A stretch of DNA of 61,768 nt, counting the filler, from Choristocarpus tenellus KU-1152 (Eukaryota; Protista; Phaeophyceae), in assembly GCA_964200185.2 (NCBI GenBank). It is 8 parts of 8 records of this genome, joined end to end, with 100 filler letters (N's around TTAATTAATTAA, not from the genome) between each part and the next. Parts side by side here need not be neighbours in the genome. Positions count along the whole stretch, not along the records: positions 45,964 to 56,720 come from CAXNAD020002733.1; positions 56,821 to 61,768 come from CAXNAD020012419.1; 6 more parts are not named here. One strand, given 5' to 3'. The position numbers were made by a program, and so were the translations under genes. The notes beneath the pieces were generated by a model. That model was not told the DNA's origin. It saw only the letters and a program-made list of their open reading frames with translations, and did not search any database. The number at the start of each line of letters is the position of its first letter. Within the stretch, counting starts at the first letter, position 1. This document shows positions 52,601-61,768 of this stretch, piece by piece.

Positions 52601-54282
52601 GGGTTTTTGTTGTTTTTATTATTGTTATTATTACTATTGTTATTGTTATTACTATTATTATTGTTACTGTCATTGTTATTTTTATTATTACTATTATTGT
52701 TGTTGTTGCCTTTCTCTACAGTGTATTTCTGTTCTTCCTCTATTGTGCATGTTGTCAGTCGACGTAGATGAGAAAGACTTGTTTGTGAGCAGGCATCGTG
52801 CCAAGTGGTGCATGAAAGCTTCACCCCGTCGCGAAACTATTTGTAAGAATTTGTGGCCAGGTTGTACCTTGAAAAATGAGACCACTTTTACCATCTCACT
52901 TTTACCCTCTGGTGACGCAAGTGTGTGCATTGTGATTGGTGTAAAAAATTAACAAATTTTATGAAGTTGTTTTGATAGAGTCAGTCCTATGTAGTTACAA
53001 CGATAGTGATGAGTATGTTGTCCCCTTGAGAGCAAGAACGATGTGGTTAGTTCCTTGAAGGTGTTTATGCAATGATTTGATTTTAGCTTGTTCCTTGTCA
53101 AGAGACAAGGCTGATGCTGCTAGTTGCAATGTTAAGAGATGTAGCTAACAGTTGCATGTACTGACTTGAATGGTTTGTTGGTGCAGGCAGGGCTGAAGGA
53201 GGTGGTGCAGGCTAAGCCCATTGAGGTGAATGTGGTTGGACATCAAATGCAGCGGTGAGGGCTCGAAGCGGTCGTCAATGACATTGTTGGTTTTCATGTT
53301 TACAGGCATTATTGATGTTCACATTATCCTATTGCTCTGCTGAGGATTTGTTGTACTTGGTAGTGTTGGTAGTGTTGGTAGTGCTTTATACTCACAAGCA
53401 GTACGGAGAGGAGTAGTTTGTGCCATGGTGTGTTGCAATGAAGATCACACTTTTTTTTTTATTGAGGAATTGGAAGCATGTGCAGTACTTGCCATCCAGT
53501 TGTGTAGGCATTGTATTGCATTCCATGAAAGTCAGCACGCCGTGAAGAGTGTTTTTCATGAAGGGTATACCTTAGATTTGATTTGCCTCACACATAAAAA
53601 AAAAAAATGTTTGTAACTGAAGGTATGCCGTGTGGTTTGGAGGCAGCCTGGTGGCATCAGGACCAGAGTTCTATCGAGTGTGCTGTACCAAGGCGCAGTA
53701 TGATGAGGAGGGACCTCGTATCGCAAGGTGCTGTCAAGAGTTTAGTTTTCTATTTATGGACTGCCGTTGATGCACTGTTGGTTGGTGGTATCAATTAGAC
53801 TGCGTGCCCTGTATCATACAATTATCATACCAAGCATTATTATGATGTTTGTTTACATTTTAGTAGTTGGATCTGACAACCTTCCCTCCCGTGGTCAAGG
53901 AAAGGAAAACACGGGGATGTCCTCATTTTTTTTTTTTTCAGAGGATAACCGGAATAGTACTGGCTCTCTCACTTGTGTACTCTGCTGAAATGCTTGTTTC
54001 TTGTCATGCATTCGTTTGACTTGCGCTCAAGGCGTGTTTTCATAAGGAGGAACAAGCTGCCGCATTGCAGTAGTTTTAGACTTCGGGTTAGAGCATCCTT
54101 GGACAACGCCTTCCTCACATATTGAGTTCAGAAATTCGGTCTTGCCTGTATCTCTGTGTGCGCTTGATCTCGCGGTTGTCTCGTTCCTATCGCGTTTCAA
54201 GCACTCCCCACCCGGACTTTGTTTTGATTACAATAGTTTTTTGAGGTTTGCTTTTTGGTTGTTCCTCTGTTGCTCTTGATTA

Positions 54283-54359
<77 letters not shown>

Positions 54360-54471
54360 AAACACCTCCCCCTTTGTGACACCTCTTGACATACCATGCC
54401 ATCCGTCCCTTGTTGTCTGTGCTTCATGATCTCGAAACAGGCACAATCCTGTGTTCAGCGCGCAATTCTGA
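46612..54471 (+). CDS. ARP3: Actin-related protein 3 (Arp2/3 complex); exons 46612-46727, 47414-47516, 48048-48169, 48598-48678, 50201-50306, 51324-51491, 52129-52245, 53187-53254, 53623-53727, 54441-54471 (stop); 5' incomplete
   Basis: Motifs: [159 protein letters not shown] and [10 protein letters not shown]. Nine GT-AG introns with consistent phases. Confidence 0.97.
47835..48054 (+). repeat. 31-bp minisatellite, 7 copies, spanning an ARP3 intron/exon junction
   Basis: Unit CAATT(G/A)TCAACTACTACTTGATTAAG|GTACA; the AGs end at 47861, 47892, 47923, 47954, 47985, 48016 and 48047. Confidence 0.97.
48960..49092. repeat. 15-bp minisatellite, about 9 copies, in an ARP3 intron
   Basis: Unit GTATA(G/A)TGACAAAAT. 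Confidence 0.93.
51122..51227. repeat. 44-bp tandem repeat, about 2.4 copies, in an ARP3 intron
   Basis: Unit TCATATGTATGCTAAGCCTACTACT(A/T)GTAGCATTTAATAACGTT. Confidence 0.92.
54284..54357. repeat. Poly-C homopolymer (~74 nt) in the last ARP3 intron
   Basis: Directly visible; the length may be an assembly artefact. Confidence 0.85.
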
Positions 54472-54699
54472 GATGCATGTCTTAAGTTTTGGATGTTGCA
54501 AATAGTCTTGGTGGATTTGTCACTATTGTTGGGAGTAAGTAGCAGTATTACCATGGCTGCAGGGGAAGGGGAGTGAATATCACCGGCGTGTGCATTAGAC
54601 ACATAACATGTATTACATCCAATACAGCGACGCTATCATCTATCTCTGGCCTGCACTATGCCAAGGATGCAGCGATGAATTGGGTGTGTGTCACCCATC

Positions 54700-55620
54700 C
54701 ATTAATTTGTTTTGATGTGATACAAAGTGTGAAGACACTTGGTAAGCAGGAAGAGTGAGTAGTGCATACCTACTATGCCAGTTGTGGTTTCTACAACTCA
54801 GCGATAATCTTTGCCACAATGTTGTTTTGACACATCTTTGACTAGGAGAGGTCTGCTTCTTTTGCCTCTGGCGCAAGCTTCTTTGCTTGGGTAGATTTGT
54901 GGTTGTGTTGCGGATGTACTGCTGACACCCAACTGTCAGCTAACCTCAACAAGCCCAGCTAGGTTGTATTTTTGACAGTGCCCTATTAATAGAGGGGATG
55001 TACTTTGTACATGCTGCAACTGGATCAGTGCTAGAGGAGAAAGAAGCAAGTGTGAGCGAGCTGTCTATTGATACGTATTTCTGATTTTGTTCCCTGTTGC
55101 AAGAGGGGAAAGTAACAGCAACATGACGTAAAATCATATGCATGCATGGAGTAATGTACATGAAAAGCAAATGGCTCTTGTCAGACAAAATCAAACTCCA
55201 ATCAATGTATCTTGGTGCTGTGTTGAGCGCCTCATACCTTGCAAATAGTGGGATGAGAGGTTGGTTAGGAGACATCTTACCTTGTTGTGCAGCAGGAGTT
55301 TGTGGGATATGGAGGCAATCCAGTGATGCAAACATTGAAATATATATATATATATGCATATCCAGTTCGCCAGGGTGGGTAGGTGCCTTGTGTGTTGTAC
55401 AGCTAGTGTGTGACAAGGGGGCAATGCCAAGTGCATTAAATACTGATAACAGTGTTTGCAATGACCTACAGAGTGAGTGAGTCGTTTATCAATAGTTCTA
55501 CTTGTAAAGATTTGACGATCCCTGAGTGGTCCCCCTAGAAGATATTCAGTCATATTTAACTTGCCTTCTGTGATGATAATTTCTGGATGTGGTGGAACTT
55601 TTGTACCACCAGTAGTTTTA
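54700..55620 (-). mobile_element. Heavily decayed non-LTR RT relic (CRE/R2-like type)
   Basis: Colinear degenerate motifs: LALPPCHTLAVQHTRHL (~RPIAVGxxxRRL), YEALNTAPR (~NAFNxxxR), LQQGT (~QQGDP) and WAC*G*LTVG (~WYLDDGTL.G). Confidence 0.3.
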
Positions 55621-55991
55621 CAATATATACCAATTCAACACTTTTTTTTTTGTGATAATCCTCCAAATTTTTTTTTTTTCGATAGTGTAGTTGGAACCGG
55701 TGTAACTGTAGTGAGTATCAGCAATGACAGTAACGCTTCTATCCCTTGCTGATGGCTAACATGAAATGACTATCAATCATCTACTGTTTCTGAGTCTCTA
55801 TAGCAGGAGCAATTGCAAAAACAATTTCAAGATTGTGGGTGGTTTCTCCCCCCAAAGGAGAGGGCATTGGATCTTTCTGGGGGGCAGACAATCTGAGATT
55901 TGAGTTAGAGTGATGACTTTTCGTCTCTTCTGCAGAGCCTGGCGTGCTGACAGTTGGTGTCATACTTTTCTCTGCTGGGGAAGTACCTATT

Positions 55992-56170
55992 GACCCAAAG
56001 TATCTGGGGGAGGGGGGAGGGTCTGCACCTGGGTGTCCCTTTGGACCATAACCAGGAAAATTGCACTTACATTATCCATCCGACGTACGCAACCAAATCA
56101 CCCAAAAATTGCGAAATGGAAAAATTGGCTCCAAATGGACAGCCACCACCCCCACCAGATACTTTGAGCC
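55992..56170 (+). mobile_element. MITE family A, full length (179 bp), flanked by TATT/TATT
   Basis: TATT|GACCCAAAGTATCTGGGGG ... CCCACCAGATACTTTGAGCC|TATT. Confidence 0.9.
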
Positions 56171-56638
56171 TATTGGGGGGAAAGGGTGGGAAGTTTCCCT
56201 ATCACAACACCTACCTGCCATCATGCGCTCAATAATATCAATGGCGCTCATGGGTGCATCTTTATTGGGTACTCCTATGGAAGGGGAATATGTTCATTGG
56301 TGATCTGAATAACCGAAAAGGAAAGAAGATTTGCTTTCCATTGCCTTCACAGAATACCAGTAGCACTGTCTGTAAGTGTGATGTTAGTACTAGAGCTATG
56401 CTGTAGGTACTACCTGTGTGTGTAATACCTGAAGAACAAGCTCAAGGAGAAAAGCTCATACTAGTGGTACGTTACATTGTCAACCTAAGGCACTTCCGGG
56501 TGTCTAGCGATAATTTGTTCAATGCCCTCTTTCTCCCACCACATAAGTAGTCTCCACATTCAGGGGGCCAGAGGTGAACGTCAACAAGGAGATATCAAGC
56601 TCATCAGTGTATTGACGCTGAAGACAGAATATGTACTA

Positions 56639-56720
56639 GGGTCAAAGTATCTGGGGGGGGGGGGGGGTGGGGGGGCCCCCTTTTCACCCCTTTTTCTGGT
56701 TTTCCTTTTTTTGTTTGTTT
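56639..56720. mobile_element. MITE family A terminus running into the contig end
   Basis: GGGTCAAAGTATCT followed by a long G-run and then low-quality-looking sequence. Confidence 0.65.
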
Positions 56721-56820
56721 NNNNNNNNNNNNNNNNNNNNNNNNNNNNNNNNNNNNNNNNNNNNTTAATTAATTAANNNNNNNNNNNNNNNNNNNNNNNN
56801 NNNNNNNNNNNNNNNNNNNN
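56721..56820. other. Artificial contig linker
   Basis: N44-TTAATTAATTAA-N44. Confidence 0.98.
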
Positions 56821-57294
56821 GGGGGGGGGGCATTGACCCGGTGAACCTGTTCCACGCTAAGGCTTACAAGGAAGAAACATGTAGAAAAAAAAATGAGTAA
56901 AAGAAATGCCGTGATTACACACTCCGATCAGCAGCGGGGATGTGTAACGAGAAGATTTCCTGCGCTGTGTTAATCTGTGTTAATTGACCTGAAAGATTGC
57001 TCTTGAGGGCTTACTCCTCTCTGTATAGATGGGGATAGTGGGAGGAAGGATCCCTGCCAATGTCACCGCATTGTTAACAAATTCGTGCACTCTGGACGAG
57101 TAGGTGATTGGTGGGAGCAACATTGCAGTAGTAGTACCACAGGCAAGGATTTTGAGGGTTGGAGCATAGTGAAGAGGGCACTGACTAATTGTACTCCTCG
57201 ACAACTCCACTCTTCACTTAACCCTAACCCTAACTCCTCCCTTTAAACCTAAAAAACACTTTCCAACGTCGATCACACGAGAAAGTTAGCTCAC

Positions 57295-60200
57295 TTTGAC
57301 ACTTCTGTGAGAACCAACTGAAAAGCTTCCTTCACTTTTGTCAATTCTGTTTGGAGCCCGTATGCCCGTTCTTTCTCAAGCTCCAGGTCCTCCTTGATAA
57401 GGTTCATACAGGATGAAATCCCGTGAGGCAAGATTGATAAATGGTCAGTGAGGTACAGAAGCGACAGGGATGGATGCGTTGAATGTTCATTGGCATCATC
57501 AATCACTTGTTGTGGCCTCTTCATTCGCAGAAAATAAAAAATTATTTGCTGCGCCAAAGAGTCACTGTCACAAAAGAAAAAAAATAGAAATTGCCCAAAA
57601 CGCCTGCTAGGAAAATGTATGGAGTGAAAGTATCTCAGAGGGTACGTACGAGCTTTGCCCTGTATGTCCGCTTGGGGGTTGGCTTCCCACAGTTTGTTTT
57701 TTTTGGCATTTTCCTATTCCGAAACATTTGGAGTTGGTAAAATGTGTACGTTCTTGGAGTAGGTATCATGTGTATGTCCGGAACAAGGATGTTGACAATT
57801 TCTAACAAACACGAAGGGCAAAATTACATCAAAATCGCAACATTGCATATTGGCCCCCAAATGGACACAGCTCTACCCTGTAAGATACCTCGACCCATGA
57901 CACTTTATATGCAGCCCATTTTTGCCTCTAAAGCCCATGTTGGAGAAGGCCGGAAGCCAATCGTTGCTACTACATAAGCATACCCTGTGATCTCTATGTC
58001 TCAGGGTGTCATGTGGCGCTCACCAGGAGTTGTGTGTTTTCCGTTTCGAGACGAATAATTTCTGCCCTTGATTTAGAGCTGAAGTCGTCAGCTCTTTTAC
58101 TTCTTGACTGGGATCACCAAGGAAGCATGCGAGTTGTTGTGAGCAAGTTTAGTCTTCAAGTATATGAAACATTAGGCTCTGGATGCCCAACTCGCTACAA
58201 GCGTAGATAGTGACTACACTACATGCCTCTTACGCTGCTCATTTCGTTTCTCCAACTATATGGGAGATTGGCTACAGTTACAATTATTTCATGTATGTAT
58301 TCTGATACTTCTATTTTTTGGGAGGAAGGTATTGTGAAAGGAACAAACACACACGCATGCACTCATACACACTCACAATCTCTCATGGGCAGTAAATATG
58401 ACAGAGAAAATATATTGGGTTTTGCTTTGCTTGTGGGCTGCTTCATGTGCCAAGGAGTGGTACAATATGAGGAGGGGAAAACAAAGCCTTCTCATTATCT
58501 AGAGAGTAAATAGTAGTACACTTCCTCTATGCCTTTTGCTAATGTCTGCTGTACACCCTAATGGGGGCTACGGAGTGTGTTCTTGCTTGGAATGGTGATC
58601 AATACCTCGTCTATTTGTTGTCGAAGTAGACCGTTTTCAGCCTTTAACCCCTTGATGTTGCCAAGCAATTCATGCGTTACCTTGGATTAGATCAGACGGA
58701 ATTGGATGGGATGAGATGTAGAGGGGAGTAAGAGGTGAGGGAGAGTGCTGATTGAGTGCAGGCATGCATATTCTGTTCCAAAAACAACAAGTGTGGAAGA
58801 GGGGATTGTCAAACAGGTTGGGCTGTAGCAAAAATAACCCGAGGAGGGTCAAGGGGATGAAAATAAGTAGTGGGGTCGGAAATGCCAAACATCTATGTTG
58901 TTGCCTGTACAACTAACTGTTTCTTCATTGGTCTGACATAATTCTACGAAAGCCTCAGCGAAACAAAATGCTTTCAGAAATACTTTGGACCTTGAAGTGG
59001 GAGATTGTGTGCTTTTGAAATGGCCAAGGGGTATAGACAGAGGTCTCAGCCCCTGATCTTATCCCCTTCTGTCAGTGGCAGCATGTAGTTGTGGGAACCT
59101 AGCCACTACTTGAAGCTCTTCTCACTCGCTGAACTGTGTATGATTGACAGATGAAGTGAACTCACTTTTTTTTTTTCATCTCTGACACATCACTGTACAG
59201 CAATTCAATGTACGATACTCAGCACAATTTAGATACTATCAGTATGATCCATGACCTGGATTATCCATTTTAGATTTTGACACGGTTGATCATTCAAAAA
59301 TCCCTGGTCGAATTTTTGTTCCATCTGGTGGTTGACCATAGCAATCAGGCACAGTAATCAGGAATTTTCCTCTCACCATCGCCTGTCGCCTTTTCATATT
59401 CTTGATTTCCTCGTGAGCATTTCCCAGGTCCTCCAGCAGCTTTGTTTCCTCCTGTGCATTCATATCTCCCTGGTGATGTGGAATCTCTAGGTCGGATTCC
59501 AATGCCACCTTTCCCAACGAGGAGAGGGGGGAGATTGGAATACGCTTGTCTCCAAGAAAAGAGGAGGTCAAACTATTGTTTGGGCTGCCCATAGGACCAT
59601 ACATCATTGGCTCAGGAGATGACAGGAGATTTGTCACATGGGCACACCACGCTCGGTTCAAAGTGACTGTTGACCAATCAGCAGAGCTCAAAACTCCTTT
59701 TTGACCAATAAGCACACTCTTAAATACACATAGCCTGGAACTCTCTGCTATTTAGTTGCCCTTGGCCCCTCCCTCCTCCCATGTACAACATGGAGATGTG
59801 AGACGTAATAGTAAGATGTACATCAATGACATGGTGTACATGCCACAATGAGCCATTGGGATGTGTTGATGGACCCTTTTATGCCACATTGTATCCCTTC
59901 CTTCTTAGCCTCGTCTCAATTGATAGAAGCAAGAGTTGGAATATGAGTGAGTGTTTGTTCCGTGTAAGACCATCTGAGAGCGGGGTTGATCTCGATCCTT
60001 TTGATCTTTGAAGCCTCTTAGAACCTTGCAAAATGCACATAACAATCACACATGAGACACAGTTAACCCCCCCCCCCCTTAGGAAGGTGTGGTTGTAGAA
60101 GAGATGACCAGTTATGAACATATTATGAGCCGAAATTGACCTCTTCAGTGCTCAAAACATATGTACTACAATCGGGGGTTTTTAAACTCAACTGCAGCCC

Positions 60201-61578
60201 CCTCTCACTATATGCTGTAGTCGATAGTATAATGCTCCTCCTGAGGAGCAGAACTGGGGGAACATTTTTTATTGTGATACTTGTGGGGGTACGAAAAACA
60301 CGAGCATACTGCTCCAAACAGTCAAAAGGTAAAATAAGAGGTCTTGTTTCAGGTGGGTTTGAAGTGTCATCGATCCAGGGTAGGCTGGCAGTATGTGGTG
60401 TGTCTTTTCTTTCAGGAGAGGATTATTGAGAGGTAGAGGGTAGGGTTGGCCGTTCAGAGTTTCCTGGTCACAGATGTATCCATTACTAGTAAAATGATGT
60501 CCTTAACATTACTATACAGACAGTAACAATACATGTAGCAATACATTTAGCTCAAGATTATTATTTTTACATTATAATTTTTATATAGGCGGTGTTGCAC
60601 GAATAGCAGATCATTAATCATATACAGCACAATGGAGTCAGTCAAGCAGGATGGATGCAATCAAGTCAAAATTGCTCTCCAATCTCCGGAGTAACCTTGT
60701 TGACCTCAGTGATAACTCTGCGTGTGAAGAGATTAAAGTGGAAGTTATTCATGATGTATGTTTGACATACACGCATACATATATATACACACATACATAC
60801 ATGTTGACATTTCTTCTCTGATTTTTACCAAAGCTCTACTACTTACAAGCCTAGTGTTGACACTGCACTGGGTTGACCTCTGGGGTTAGGGTTGTTGATG
60901 CCACAGATTAATGATCTGCTTTGAGAATTAAAAAAAATAAATACATATATATATACACGTTCATATTTTTTAATGGAAATAATCAAAAACACAAAACTCT
61001 CCTTGGATTAATGTCACAAGCAAATAGTGTTCCTCCCTCACTTTTATGCCAGTCTCCTCCTCCATTTTTTTGAGCTCCTCATTCATTGCACCCCTCTCCT
61101 TCTCAGCTCTCTCAAACTTCTCCAGCCGTTTGAGCTTGTCTCTCATCACCACAGCCTCTCCACGAAGGCTGTCCAACTCTGACGAAATTTTCTGACACCC
61201 ATCATGCCAGTATGTACGGGTATGTCCGTAACACAAACATATATATATATATATTTATATTTATATATATATTTGCGCAGCAGATTATTGAAAAAAATTA
61301 AGGTACACGTATTGTTTGCTTTTGTAGGGTACTCCAATGCGAAAAGGTAATGGTTGAGTCTTGTTCTACTACTTCTAAGTACCTTGCGTTTTTAATGGTT
61401 AAGTCTTGTTCTACTACTTCTAAGTACCTTACATTTTTAATGGTTGAGTCTTGTTCTACTACTTCTAAGTACCTTACGTTTTTAATGGTTGAGTCTTGTT
61501 CTACTACTTCTAAGTACCTTACGTTTTTGTCTGCATGCGCACGATGTGATTGGCTGGTGCTAGTTACAGGGCCCGCAA
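57295..61578 (-). CDS. Unknown coiled-coil protein, internal exons: ~61578-61523, 61191-61042, (start uncertain)-59377, 58680-58606, 58107-58024, 57392-57295; more exons may lie in 59700-60900
   Basis: Phase-0 chains ...SHRAHADKN|KISSELDSLRGEAVVMRDKLKRLEKFERAEKE... and ...AHEEIKNMKRRQAM|VTHELLGNIKGLKAENGLLRQQIDE|SRSKR...IIRLETENTQLL|EDLELEKERAYGLQTELTKVKE, with GT-AG boundaries. Confidence 0.6.
57622..57896 (+). mobile_element. MITE family B, full length, more diverged
   Basis: ATG|GAGTGAAAGTATCTCAGAGGGTA ... TACCCTGTAAGATACCTCGACCC|ATG; the interior is homologous to the 33394 and 44495 copies. Confidence 0.88.
61348..61527 (-). repeat. 45-bp minisatellite, 4 copies, spanning a putative exon/intron (donor) junction
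   Basis: Minus-strand unit AAAAC|GTAAGGTACTTAGAAGTAGTAGAACAAGACTCAACCATTA. Confidence 0.93.
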
Positions 61579-61600
61579 CTATTTCTTTGGTTTTGGTTTT

Positions 61601-61768
61601 GGTATGGTAAGGTATGGCATGGTATGGTAAGGTATGGTATGGTATGGTATGGTATGGTGTGGTGTGGTATGGTATGGTATGGTATGGTATGGTATGGTAT
61701 GGTATGGTATGGTATGGTATGGTATGGTATGGTATGGTATGGTGTGGTGTGGTATGGTGTGGTGTGGG
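61601..61768. repeat. (GGTAT)n pentamer microsatellite to the window end
   Basis: Directly visible, more than 30 units with GGTGT/GGTAA variants. Confidence 0.97.

Noticed and set aside
52449-52952. Tyr/Cys-rich and Asn-rich ORFs
   Set aside because: They come from a (TAT/TGT)n trinucleotide microsatellite inside an ARP3 intron.
54197-54602. Poly-Gly ORFs
   Set aside because: They derive from the intronic poly-C run on the opposite strand of ARP3.
3825-56776. Recurrent TTAATTAATTAA palindrome
   Set aside because: It is always centred in N44...N44 and is a synthetic six-frame-stop spacer.
1-61768. Apparent clustering of ER/Golgi/cytoskeleton genes (DYM, IRE1, golgin-like, ARP3, GAS8)
   Set aside because: They lie on different contigs joined by artificial linkers, so no physical linkage can be inferred.

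Overview
This is eukaryotic genomic DNA made of eight separate contigs (1-3780, 3881-8833, 8934-27509, 27610-31288, 31389-41225, 41326-45863, 45964-56720, 56821-61768). They are joined by artificial 100-bp linkers (N44-TTAATTAATTAA-N44), so adjacency across a linker means nothing. Small exons, introns of about 0.1-3.5 kb, abundant TTAGGG, a flagellar gene, a bipartite plastid-targeting-like leader and RTE LINE debris point to an ochrophyte, probably a brown alga (inference). By hand-splicing I recovered these partial genes: dymeclin (3' end), an IRE1-type luminal domain lying head-to-head with an MDR/RTN4IP1-like oxidoreductase, a long coiled-coil golgin-like gene, an OSCA/TMC/anoctamin-superfamily membrane protein, GAS8/DRC4, ARP3 and an unknown coiled-coil gene. 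The non-coding DNA holds three related MITE families sharing a G-N4-AAGTA terminal core, decayed transposase and LINE relics, many interstitial telomere-like tracts and several minisatellites. The most unusual signals concern splicing. Some minisatellites copy a splice site itself, most clearly seven tandem acceptor copies in ARP3 (six AG|GT, one AG|AT). A near-identical inverted MITE pair brackets one in-frame GAS8 exon. GC donors and AAG acceptors appear to be in excess. I see no CRISPR array, rRNA or intact tRNA, and I cannot claim a confirmed new system. All family assignments come from motif recognition by eye, not from database searches.
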